A stretch of DNA of 61,992 nucleotides, the filler included, from Hausera hauseri (lineage: Eukaryota), in the NCBI GenBank assembly GCA_046269625.1. It is 10 parts of 10 records of this genome, joined end to end, with 100 filler letters (N's around TTAATTAATTAA, not from the genome) between each part and the next. Parts side by side here need not be neighbours in the genome. Positions count along the whole stretch, not along the records: positions 7,830 to 14,817 come from JBJURY010045998.1; positions 14,918 to 19,865 come from JBJURY010382924.1; positions 19,966 to 25,041 come from JBJURY010343379.1; 7 more parts are not named here. One strand, given 5' to 3'. The translations under genes were made by a program, and so were the position numbers. The notes below the pieces were generated by a model. It saw only the letters and a program-made list of their open reading frames with translations, was not told the origin of the DNA and did no database searches. This document shows, in pieces, positions 12,200-25,141 of this stretch (its first letter is position 1; every line of letters starts with the position of its first letter).

Positions 12200-14420
12200 A
12201 GGTCAAATTAGACCAGACTAATGGTCGTCGACTGTGCTTCACCTTTCATACTTTATGTACTAACATTTCCAGGGTATGGTTGAAATATGGTAACCGTTTC
12301 ATGTTTGACGTCAAGTCAAGTGCATGGGCCTCTAGGTTAATTCGCAACGGTTGTTTGATGATGTAGTGGAAAAAAAACGTTTTCGTTAACTGACATTACA
12401 GACGGAACTAGCTGACCAAATTCGTAAATCGGTATTGTCGTAACAGTAAACTCATTCGATACGGAGAACAAGGTTCCATCACTGTTTAGGACAACGAGAG
12501 GGTAAATTTTCATCTGTTTACAAGTGAGCATTATTCGTTTCGATAGGAATGAATGTCTAATCGAATGCACCTTACCGTCTACATGAACCCTCGCATTGAA
12601 CTACAGCCTAACTCAAAGTCCGTGAATACCGCAGTTCAATCACAGTGTATTTTCCATTATCACACAATTCATACTCCAGTCCACCGAGTTATTTCCATCG
12701 TAATCGAATACAAACGGTGTCCACAACAAATCCACATCATACGCAACAACCATAAGACCAGTAAGATAAGTACTCTTGCTCTTCTGTTCCGAATTCTCCT
12801 TCACCGAATTGGTGAACTTTTTTCGTTGCAACATCAACAAGTGGCCAAAGTAATTGACGAGAATACTAGATAACGGTGAACTACCTTGACCATTGTACAG
12901 ATTCTGAGTTATTTCACAGTAAATTGATGATAAATCAACGGAGATCACGCATGCCGAAAATTCGACGTAACTCTCAAGGGAGAAGATCTGACAGAATTGT
13001 AAAGATATTGATCCTGACTCTGTACAGTGTATGTTATGTAGGCATATCGATCCATCAAGGGAAAGCGTGACGAATATGTTATTGTATAAATTAACAACTA
13101 GAATCTGTGATGGTACAGGCAAACTGAAACAACTTTCATCGTCGATCTTTTTTAATAAATAATAGTCTTAATTCGAAATTCTCTTTAATATTGTTATAAC
13201 ATGAAGCACAGATGAGATTTTTAAACCACACTGCAGCACCACAACTTCCATCGACTGTTCTTGTGTTTCATTGCTGCAGTCGCAATTTTTGAGTGTTTAA
13301 ATAAAATACGGCAAAGCCTTTTATTGCCAGAAACAAAAAAGCAGTTTCCATTTCGATTGACAGCTGCAAATTTAATCGGCCAATTAACATTTATATACGA
13401 CTCTGGGTAGTCTATTCGTTCCCATGGTGCCCCGTTGAGGCCAGCTGATTCCGTCGTCGAAAGAAGAAAGAAGACGAGCTGATGAGCAATAAATGCAGTT
13501 AATTATCAGTGATCTGCTTCCCTGACAGAGCCGATTTAGCAAACTGATAAATAACAATTTCGGGTTTTTTGATTTATTTTTCGACTCCCGAATAACCCAA
13601 AATGAATAGCGCTCGGTTCCCCATTCGAAATTAGATAGTCTCAAATAAATATTCCATTCCTGTCGGAGAGAACTGAATAACAGACATTTCTGTGATTACC
13701 ACAAACTGAACCCCTTGTTTTTTCCAACACAGCCAAACAATAGTAATCCGGTGACCATTTCAACGATATTACGGCACCGGTTTCCGTTTCGGCATCGGTG
13801 TATTCATTACAACATCTTCAGTCAGTGTTGGAGACGCCGTGCTCCGGTTTCATCATCGAAATTGTAAACGACACCTTCATCCATTTTTCCACCATATGCA
13901 ATAGAACGAAATTTTAAGTTCACTGCGGAACATGTCGCTCATCGAAGATTTTCGGCCCAAACAACAGAGACTTGTTCGGTGATGAGCTTATGTTTAGGAA
14001 TGTGTAAGAAGGCCGAACGGCCATTCTGAAACAAAATCGCTACACCGCTCAAACTGGGAAACCATTCCATTGCAGAACACTGGGAATCATCTTTTGTCAT
14101 ACTGTTAACTTTGGAAAATTCCAAATCCGTAAAGAACGAAACCAATCCCAATTTAATCTGTTGACTGTACAGAACCCTGCCATCCCATTTGATACGACTA
14201 AATGAAGCGTCGTCGATAGATACGATTGAATCTTCTCGATAAATACATAAGCAATTAATTTTCTTGCTGAATGAAATACTATTCACCAAAACAATTGAAC
14301 CGTTAGAAGGTTTCAAAGGCACCGTTAAATCATTTCCAATTAGTCCACTGGCACAGATTTTTTCTCTTGTTGCCAAATGCTCGTTCAAGCACTGCCTACG
14401 AAATCTACATCGGCATCGGG
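12200..14420 (-). pseudogene. RIC1: RIC1 (Rab6 GEF subunit, Rich) pseudogene or fragment
   Basis: Collinear RIC1 motifs: FFTDLE..., MEWFPSLSGVAILFQNGRSAFL, EQVSVVWAE..ATCSAVNLKFR, TGAVISLKWSPD, SILVNYFGHLLMLQR, HSFLSKRIML...IYPLVVL, LRINLEAHAL..LPYFNHTLEMLVHKV. Stops and frameshifts present. Confidence 0.85.
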
Positions 14421-17400
14421 TTTGGACTGCATCGTTTAGCACTATTTAACAACAAACACATTTCCACCTTTCTGGGATAGTTACTGGCCAAACATTTTTA
14501 ATAAATACAGATATTGACTGATAAAGATTATTTAATTGTAACACACTAGAAACCATAAAAGTCTTATAGAAAAAGATGTAAAGCTGAAAAGCCATAAATA
14601 TAGAATCAGGAAATTTCAAACTGAGCGAATGTACCAATAAAAAACAACTGCGGGATGCCCAAAGACAACAACCAAACTCACCCGTATAATTCTGTATCTG
14701 GGGATCCAGCGAATCCGTGCATGTTATACAACAGAATCTGTACTGTTATTCTTCTGACACCATTTGTGGTACATAACCGTGACCCCTTTATGCCTTGCGA
14801 TCTTTGTAAATAAATTGNNNNNNNNNNNNNNNNNNNNNNNNNNNNNNNNNNNNNNNNNNNNTTAATTAATTAANNNNNNNNNNNNNNNNNNNNNNNNNNN
14901 NNNNNNNNNNNNNNNNNATTCCTCAGTCTATACGAATGAATTCCTCACTCGGGACACTAGATTATATGTTGGCATCGGGGTCGTGTGTATAATTAAACAC
15001 CTAACCTTTATTTTGTGTCAACATGTAACATAATAGTAACAATTGATGTATAATATACTAAGTATACTGTCACTATTAATCCTATGGTGGGATAATGAGT
15101 CACTCTATTTTAGGTATGATATATATTTATACAATATTTTCTATCATATCAATATACATTAGGTAATGAATTCTAAATGTTCGACTTAAAACTATTTTTC
15201 CAAAAATTCATCAATAAAATTAACCTTATCATAAAGGATGGTAATAAGTCCTCGCAGGTAAAAAGGGATGGTAATAAATCCTCCTAGCTAGGTATGACAT
15301 CTTTATAAATTACGTTAATTTCGGACTATATTTTACTAAGGTGTAATTTGATGTAATCCACCTAGTAAAGTTGTATGTTTATTTGTTGCCTCCAATAAAT
15401 ATAAACATATTTTACTGATGTCTATATATTTTGCATTCCTTTTTCTTGCTTTCAAAGTTAATATTGTGACATGTTAAGTACACCATCGCGTGGGTACACC
15501 ATGAATGTTCATTTAATTTACTCTACTTCGACAATATATAAATTAGTTTCAAAATATTAAAAGTTGCTTTTCCTAAATAGAATCGTATTTTATCCCTGAC
15601 GTGATCATCCATAATAATTGCGTTACATTTAGAATTATTTAACAAATATTTCTTTCTATTACTAATTTCACTATGTGCCATTATATGTCCGAGTAAAATA
15701 AAGTATCAGAAAATCAGCGAAGGAGTAGTGCATCGACGTACTTCTCTAAATATCTTTAAAAGAAGCCTTTTGGAAAGAAAACAATTTTCGCAAGGGATCA
15801 AGTCCATATTAATCCTTCTAAAAATCATAATTGTAAATTACACGTAAGTAATTTCAAAGTTTGCATTCCGAATATTGAAATCTTACGGAACTTTCAACAA
15901 AATTATATAGTATTCTACTCCCAATATTATCACAAGCATTTAGAAATATATGTTGGAAATGGTAACTAATATAATGTATTTTTCCTTTGCTTAGATAGGA
16001 ATATTTATTTATATTCCGCGTTCCTACACAAACCTTCTTTTCCTTAAAATTTTATCCATCATTAGGGTAAGAATCAGTCCACTAAACTCTTCTCCCTACA
16101 CACATGCCAACTGTTTGATTTCGGGAGTTTAATCACATTCTCTTATCCAAGGAACTTTGACGAATAAAGATAATGAGAATTACAAANNNNNNNNNNAATA
16201 ATCTGTAAGCAAGACCCACAAACGTCAACAGTATTACCACTAATTCTTATTCAATTATGATTATTTATGATGACCTTCATAGAGATACCGATCTCAAGAT
16301 CACTAGTATATTGTTTCAAATATACACCAACAATCCTTAACAAAGTAACCGTCCTTCTATTACTTACAAAGGAGTCTTCTGGTGTCATTACTATTTTATT
16401 CGTCAGTTGATTCATGACGCAGTGTTGCTTCCGGCCGGTCTTCCAGTGTTCATGTAGAACCTACATATAATAGTACCTTTCATCCAATATAATAAAGAGA
16501 ATTTTAAGTTCTAGACGCAGTTATGTTGATTTCATGAGCGTCTCTAGCGTATCTAAAATTTTCATTGAACCTTTGGTATTCTGGCAAATCTCAAAATTTC
16601 GTTCACAATTAACGAGTAATATTAGATTCCCTTTTTATAAGAGTCACGGAATTCGCTTATTAGAGTCTAAAATCATTTAACAACGTAATCCTCAAGAATC
16701 CGTTCAACATATACGATTTGAAAATCAAATTCCGCTTTCCTGTACAATGCAAACATTTAGAGTACACCAAATCAATATAAACCAGTATCACGATATTTTA
16801 TCTAACAGCATGCTAGTTATGTTCCGGTTGTCAACGATTTGTAGCGTACGCTCCATTTCTCACCGGAATATTTAGCATTAAACTCATCATATCCATCCAG
16901 ATCCACTTTATTTTCCGATTCATATCAATCTAAACTGAAAGCCTTTAATCATTCCCAGCAATCTGACTTTCCATTTTTTGTATCAATCATTTATTACACG
17001 ACAAAACGGTACAAGCGACTATATATAAAGGTATGCGGCAAAACAACTTCAATTATATTGATATATAAACATTAGGAATCAAATTAATGATTTTTATTTA
17101 CCATTGTGTCCTTCCATTTGATTAACATTGCCAGAAGCTTGATCGGCCATTTCGTTGAAATGATGAATTAAATTTATCTGGATAGGACGAATAAATTCGG
17201 AGTGACTCGTAGAACTTCAATATCTTTATTGTGTTGATAATATTTTAAAATAGCTTATAAAGTTCTGATATCATCAAGTCATTACCTGTCGGTAATGATT
17301 TACTTTTACTCTTGAATCTAATTTAATTTTTTCGTGTGTGAATTTCTTGTTGCCGTGTCTCATCTTTTAACTGGTTTATATACCAGTAGGTCATCACTAA

Positions 17401-17931
17401 ACGCATGATGACATTTCTCAAAATCAATTTTCATTTTTGACACTAATCTCAAGTCGCCAATTTGCTACAAATGACATTTTCAAAATCAGTTTTTATCTGA
17501 CACTAATCGCTTATTCTAATTAGATTTTACATTAATTGCTGAATCCAATAACACTAATCCAATTTACAATTACTTATTCCAATTAGATTTGCCACTAATC
17601 ACTCATTCCAATGACTCTAATCCAATTTACAAAAAAAGATAATTTGTGACTATTTTCTAAATTGTTATTCAAATAACATTAATTCAATTTACAAAACAAA
17701 ATACTAATTTACTAAATATATTTTAATCATAAATTGTTACTGCCGCATCACATTAACGTGGTTAACAATTTCATACAAACAACAACAAAGATGTGACACC
17801 CATAACTTAGGGTTTAACAAAAGAAGAAAGAATGAAAGAGAGGAAATTATAAAACAAGTGCTAATATCACGTATTGTTTTGCGTAATGTTTTTGTTACAA
17901 TGTTTGTCACGTGGCTTAACCGATCCTAACA

Positions 17932-19865
17932 TTTCTGCCCTTATGAGACAGGATTCGGTCCTCCGGATCACTTTGGGTACTGACAGCGATGAAGCTGAGA
18001 TTTCTGGGTCTAATTGTCAATGTCGCATCATTTACTGGATTCATCTAATGGCATAATCGTTGGGTACGGTTGTCGCAGGTATATGGTAAATGGTAGTAGA
18101 CTGATGGTTGACGGCAGTAAGGGCATGATATACCCTTATGAAATGTCATTCGAAATGCATCGTGTGGATCAATGGATTGAAGAAATTGAGAACGAAGTTT
18201 GCTGAAACATGTTGCACATAGATTATGATTTCATTGGAATTGGACCACTGTTATTCGTTCAGTAAGGCAAATCGTACACTCGTAAGTTGGAAGTTGATTG
18301 TAGAAGAGGATTTGCAATGTTGCCCAAAGGTCAAGCGGGGCTAGGTCGGAAATAAAGTCGATTTAACATCTATTTAGAACTGGGAACCAATCTTCTTGTA
18401 ATAATGATGGCAATGGGGGACTGAGATATAGTGGGTGTTGGAGTTATTGAAGGTGCAGGTACTGGCAATTCAGATAATGGTCTGATAATCCGCTCAGGAT
18501 GATAACGTAGATGCGGGATTGCAGATGGTTGATTCCAGTTAATAACAATGGGAACAGTATTCGGCATTACAGCAACTAAATCTGTAGGCTGTTTTATTAT
18601 GTTTTTGGCATAGACAACATATATGGAATTGTAAATATAGCATGGAGAAAGGGGTTGATACACCCCAAGAGTTTTAGCGTCCAGTAAGGATTGGTCAGCA
18701 TCAGATGGGAATGCGTCATGCTGGATACAATACTTAATTTCATATTTACAGATTGGGTAATAAGGCATAGGGTAAGCTTGTGATCGGGCTCGATCCATAC
18801 AATATAAGCAAAGAATATGCACGCATGGTGTTAATCTGTACACTACATTGAGGATTGCTCTGCATTCCATACATTATTGGAGGTCCGAAAATAAGTAGGA
18901 TCAATTAAGATTTAATTCAATGGTATTAAGATCTATACAACTGTCAGTATCTTCAATATACTCTGAGTTCGATAAGTAGTTATACAACTGTACTAATGAT
19001 GACGTATACGTATGGATGATGGTAGTATGTAATAATTGTTCACTTAAACGGATTATAAATACTGGATCTGTCGAGAAATTTGTAGTAATGGAGTGACAGC
19101 TAAGATTGAAGAAGCCATTGGTATTACTAGTAGGTAGTTTCAATGAGCATAAAAGTAGATCGAATTGTGTCGTTATAATAAATTTATACTTCAACATATT
19201 TTGTACGAGAGGTAAAAAATCTTTGTTATTGATTTTATTTAGGGTAAGATCATCTGTTATACCCGAAAAGAGTGTTCTCCAGTCAATAATTTTATTTCGG
19301 ATCTCGTCTTTATGATCCAATATAGCGATATCAATGATGGTTTGATTGATAATTGTCGGATTGGGCTGGGTAGTAACGTAATTATAGGCTAGGAAGGTGA
19401 ATGAGGGTTCTAAATCTGAAAGATAATCCTTCTGGTACTGAAACGTATTCATTTACTGATGAGAGTGGTTTGGTTATACGGATTAATTGCTCGTAGTCTT
19501 CATTGTGGGTGTATATAAGTTTTCGTTGTATCACTTATACAGCATATGTACAGTCGTTCGACGAAGAAATTGCAAAAGACAATAATTCCACAGGAGGGAT
19601 GGTAATAATGCCGCTACAGTTATCGAATAGTTCGTGATCAACATCGAATATAGGATCATTACAGTTAATATCGATAGTCAATTTGCCACTGATGAGATGT
19701 ATAGCTACAGTATCGAATTTTCGCGGCTGGTCGGTAAGAATCAGTTGAGATAACGAATTGGGGATATCAGTGGTTGTCTGTTGAATACACATTTGTCTGG
19801 AATAGAGCTGGCGTTTCTCAGACTTTAAGCTATTTGGGATAGCTGTTTTATTAGGAAAAACATAA
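17932..19865 (-). mobile_element. 3' end of a Gypsy-type element: unknown domain X, pseudo-exonuclease, RING, Pro-rich tail, degenerate PPT; LTR probably starts at 17931
   Basis: Homologous to the C-terminus of ORF 25142-29281. AAGGGCAGAAA|TGTTAGG on the minus strand. Confidence 0.7.
18745..18873 (-). pseudogene. C3HC4 RING finger
   Basis: CMEC-x12-CVHILCLYC-x12-(Y)PIC, with the seventh ligand mutated. Same frame as the upstream exonuclease-like ORF across two stops. Confidence 0.75.
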
Positions 19866-19965
19866 NNNNNNNNNNNNNNNNNNNNNNNNNNNNNNNNNNN
19901 NNNNNNNNNTTAATTAATTAANNNNNNNNNNNNNNNNNNNNNNNNNNNNNNNNNNNNNNNNNNNN

Positions 19966-22900
19966 GTAATTTACGTAGTTTTGTAGTTTTTCTATCATTT
20001 TTTGGCCTTTTGTCTCGCCTATCTTAATTTTGAATTTTTTCATTTTTTTTTTGGCCCGGTCCCACCTTAACAAAATTTAGTTTTTCCACGAAAAAATTTG
20101 AAAATTTTCTGGATTTTTCTAGTTTGATTTTTTTGCGTGACTTACTTAATTTTGAAGTTTTTTTTACTATTTTGTGGTGTTTTGTCTCGCCTATATTAAT
20201 TTTGAATTTTTTCAATTGTTTTGGCCCGCTCCCTCTTTACCAAAATTTAGTTTTTCCATGAAAAAATTTGACATTTTTTGGTCTTTTCTAATTTGATTTT
20301 TTTGCGTGACTTACTTAATTTGGAAGTTTTTCTATCATTTTTTGGTCTTTTGTATCGACTATCTTAAATTTGTTTTTTTAAATTTTTTGGCCCGCTCGCC
20401 AGTTGCCAAAACTTGGTTTTTTGACGAAAATATTGAAATTTGTATGGTCTTTACTAATTTGAGTTTTTTGCGTGACGTACTTAATTTTGAAGTTTTTCTA
20501 CCATTTTTTGGTCTTTTGCTTTGGCCCGCTCCCCCTTTATCCAGATTTAGTTTTTCCACCAAAAAATTTGAAAATTTTCTGGTCTTTCCCAATTTGAGTT
20601 TTTTGCGTAACTTACTTACTTTCGAAGTTTTTCTCTCATTTTTCGGTCTTTTGTAACGCCTATTTTAATTTTGAATTTTGTCCCATTTTTTGTCCCGCTC
20701 GCCCCTTACCAAAATAATTTTTTCCACGAAAAAATTTGAAAATTATCTGGTCTTTTCCAATTTGAGTTTTTTGTGTGACTTCCTTACTTTTGAAGTTTTG
20801 CTATCACTTTTTGGTCTTTTGTCTCGCCTATCTTAATTTTGATTTTTTCAATGCTTTGGCCCGATCACCCCTTACCAAAATTTCGTTTTTCCACGAAAAA
20901 ATTTGAAAATTGTCTGGTCTTTTCCAATTTGAGTTTTTTGCGTGACTTACTTTCTTTTGAAGTTTTTCTATCATTTTTTGGTCTTTTGTAACGTCTATTT
21001 TAATTTTGAATTTTGTCAATTTTTTTGGCCCGCTCCCCGCTTACCAAAATTTAGTTTTTCCATGAAAAAATGTGAAAATTATCTCGTCTTTTCCAATGTG
21101 AGTTTTCTGCGTGACTTACTTACTTTTGACGTTTTTCTAACATTTTTCGGTCTTTTTTCTCGCCTATTTTAATTTTGAATGTTTTCAATTTTTTGGCCCA
21201 CTCCCCCTTTACCAAAATTTAGATTTTCCACGAAAAAATGTGAAAATTTTCTGGGCATTTCCAATTGAGTTTTTTGCGTTACTTCCTTACTTGTGAAGTT
21301 TTCTACCATTTTTTGGTCTTTTGTCTCGCCTATAATAATTTTGAATGTTTTCAATTTTTTGGCCCGCTCCCCCCTTATCAAGATATAGTTTTTCCACCCA
21401 AAAATTTGAAAATTTTTTGGTCTTTTCTAATTTGAGTTTTTTGCGTAACTTACTTACTTTCGACGTTTTTCTATCATTTTTTGGTCTTTTGTAACGTCTA
21501 TTTTAATTTTGGATTTTGTCAATTTTTTTGGCCCGCTCCCCGCTTACCAAACATTTGTTTTTCCATGAAAAAATGTGAAAATTATCTCGTCTTTTTTTAA
21601 TTTGAGTTTTTTGCGTAACTTACTTACTTTTGACGTTTTTCTAACATTTTTCGGTCTTTTGTCTCGCCTATTTTAATTGTGAATGTTTTCAATTTTTTGG
21701 CCCGCTCCCCCTTTACCAAAATTTAGTTTTTTCCACGAAAAAATGTGAAAATTATCTCGTCTTTTCCAATTTGAGTTTTTTGCATGACTTACTTACTTTT
21801 GACGTTTTTCTATCATTTTTTATTCTTTTGTCTCGCATATCTTTATTTTGAACTTTTTCATTGTTTTCGCCCGCTCCCCTTACAAAAATTTGGTTTTTCC
21901 ACGAAAAAATTTTAAAATTTTCTGGTCTTTTCCAATTTGCGTTTTTTGGGTAACTTACATACTTTTGAAGTTTTTCTATCATTTTTTTGGTATTTTGTCT
22001 CGCCTATATTAATTTTGAATTTTTTCAATTTTTTGGTCCGCTCCCCCCTTATCAAGATATAGTTTTTCCACCAAAAAATTTGAAAATTTTCTGGTCTTTT
22101 CCAATTTGAGTTATTTGCGTGACTTACTTATTTTTCAAGTTTTTCTACCATTTTTTGGTCTTTTGTCTCGCCTACATTAATTTTCAATGTTTTCGATTTT
22201 TTGGCCCGATCCCCCCTTACCAAAATTTGGTTTTTCCACGAAAAAATTTGAAAATTGTCTGGTCTTTTCCAATTTGAGTTTTTTGCGCAACTTACTTACT
22301 TTTGAAGTTTTTCTATCATTTTTTGGTCTTTTGTCTCGCCTATCTTAATTTTGAATTTTTTCATTTTTTTTTTTTTTTTGGCCCGGTCCCCCCTTAACAA
22401 AATTTAGTTTTTCGACGAAAAAATTTGAAAATTTTTTGGTCTTTTCCAATTTGAGCTTTTTGCGTAACTTACTTACTTTCGAAGTTTTTCTATCATTTTG
22501 TGGTCTTTTGTAACGTCTATTTTAATTTTGAATTTTGTCAATTTTTTTTTTGGCCCCCTCCCTGCTTACCAAAATTTACTGTTTCCATGAAAAAAATGTG
22601 AAAATTATCTCGTCTTTTCCAATTTGAGATTTCTGCGTGACTTACTTACTTTTGACGTTTTTCTAACATTTTTTCGGTCTTTTGTCTCGCCTATCTTAAT
22701 TTTGATTTTTTCAATGCTTTGGCCCGATCCCCACTTACCAAAATTTGGTTTTTCCACGAAAAAATTTGAAAATTGTCTGGTCTTTTCCGATTTGAGTTTT
22801 TTGCGTGACATACTTACTTTTGAAGTATTTTCTACCATTTTTTTGGTATTTTGTCTCGCCTATATTAATTTTGAATTTTTTCAATTTTTTTGGCCCGCTC

Positions 22901-25041
22901 CCCCCTTATCAAATATAGTTTTTCCACCAAAAAATTTGAAAATTTTTTGGTCTTTTCCAATTTGAGTTTTTTGCGTAACTTACTTACTTTCGAACTTTTT
23001 CTATCATTTTTTTGGTCTTTTGTAACGTCTATTTTAATTTTGAATTTTGTCAATTTTTTTGGCCCGCTGCCCGCTTACCAAACATTAGTTTTTCCATGAA
23101 AAAATGTGAAAATTGTCTCGTCTTTTCCAATTGGAGTTTTCTGCGTGACTTACTTACTTCTGACGTTTTTCTAACATTTTTCGGTCTTTTGTCTCGCCTA
23201 TTTTAATTTTGAATGTTTTCAATTTTTTGAACCGCTCCCCCTTTACAAAAATTTAGATTTTCCACGAAAAAATGTGAAAATTTTCTGGGCATTTCCAATT
23301 GAGTTTTTTGCGTTCCTTACTTAATTTTGAAGTTTTTCTACCATTTTTTGGTCTTTTGTCTCGCCTATGTTAATTTTGAATTTTTTCATTTCAATTGTTT
23401 TGGCCCGCTCCCTCCTTACCAAAATTTAGATTTTCCAAGAAAAAATTTGACATTTTTCTGGTCTTTTCTAATTTGATTTTTTTGCGTGACTTACTTAATT
23501 TGGAAATTTTTCTATCAATTTTTGGTCTTTTGTCTCGACTATCTCAATTTTGAATTTTTTCAATTTTTTTGGCCCGCTCCCCAGTTACCAAAACTTGGTT
23601 TTTTGACGAAAAAATGTGAAAATTTTCTGGGCATTTCCAATTTGAGTTTTTTACGTGACTTACTTAATTTTGAAGTTTTTCTACCATTTTTTGGTCTTTT
23701 GTTTTGGCCCGCTCCACCCTTATCCAGATTTAGTTTTTCCACCATAAAATTTGAAAATTTTCTGGTCTTTCCCAATTTGAGTTTTTTGCGTAACTTACTT
23801 ACTTTCGAAGTTTTTCTATCATTTTATGGTATTTTGTAACGCCTATTTTAATTTTGAATTTGGTCCCATTTTTTGGCCCGCTCGCCCCTTACCAAAATTT
23901 AGTTTTTCCACGAAAAAATTTGAAAATTATCTGGTCTTTTCCAATTTGAGTTTTTTGCGTAACTTACTTACTTTCGAAGTTTTTCTATCATTTTTTGGTC
24001 TTTCTTGTTGCCTATTTTAATTTTGAATTTTTTCAATGTTTTGGCCAGGTCCCCCCTTACCAAAATTTAGTTTTTCCACGAAAAAATTTGAAAATTGTCT
24101 GGTCTTTTCCAATTTGAGTTTTTTGCATAACTTACTTACTTTTGAAGTTTCTCTATCATTTTTTGGTCTTTTGTCTCGCCTATGTTAATTTTGGATTTTT
24201 TCAATTTTTTTGGCCCGCTCCCTCCTTACCAAAATTTGCTTTTTCCACGAAAAAATTTGAAAATTGTCTGGTCTTTTCCAATTTGAGTTTTCTGCGTGAC
24301 TTACTTACTTTTTACGTTTTTCTAACATTTCTCGGTCTTTTGCCTCGCCTATTTTAATTTTGAATGTTTTCAATTTTTTGGCCCGCTCCCCCTTTACAAA
24401 AATTTGGTTTTTCCACGAAAAAATTTTAAAATTTTCTGGTCTTTTCCAATTTGCGTTTTTTGGGTAACTTACATACTTTTGAAGTTTTTCTATCATTTTT
24501 TTGGTATTTTGTCTCGCCTATATTAATTTTGAATTTTTTCAATTTTTTGGTCCGCTCCCCCCTTATCAAGATATAGTTTTTCCACCAAAAAATTTGAAAA
24601 TTTTCTGGTCTTTTCCAATTTGAGTTATTTGCGTGACTTACTTATTTTTCAAGTTTTTCTACCATTTTTTGGTCTTTTGTCTCGCCTACATTAATTTTCA
24701 ATGTTTTCGATTTTTTGGCCCGATCCCCCCTTACCAAAATTTGGTTTTTCCACGAAAAAATTTGAAAATTGTCTGGTCTTTTCCAATTTGAGTTTTTTGC
24801 GCAACTTACTTACTTTTGAAGTTTTTCTATCATTTTTTGGTCTTTTGTCTCGCCTATCTTAATTTTGAATTTTTTCATTTTTTTTTTTTTTTTGGCCCGG
24901 TCCCCCCTTAACAAAATTTAGTTTTTCGACGAAAAAATTTGAAAATTTTTTGGTCTTTTCCAATTTGAGCTTTTTGCGTAACTTACTTACTTTCGAAGTT
25001 TTTCTATCATTTTGTGGTCTTTTGTAACGTCTATTTTAATT
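19966..25041. repeat. Tandem satellite, ~167-172 bp monomer, about 30 copies
   Basis: Recurring TTGTCTCGCCTAT...TTGGCCCGCTCCCC...TTCCACGAAAAAATTTGAAAA; anchor spacings of 172, 168, 168 and 167 bp. Confidence 0.97.
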
Positions 25042-25141
25042 NNNNNNNNNNNNNNNNNNNNNNNNNNNNNNNNNNNNNNNNNNNNTTAATTAATTAANNN
25101 NNNNNNNNNNNNNNNNNNNNNNNNNNNNNNNNNNNNNNNNN

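Noticed and set aside
17400-17720. Degenerate short tandem repeats (CACTAATC...CAATTTACAA)
   Set aside because: Too degraded to interpret; probably LTR-internal repeats.
20024-24496. Many Phe- or Lys-rich ORFs; possible CRISPR-like array
   Set aside because: Satellite translations. No unique spacers and no cas genes.
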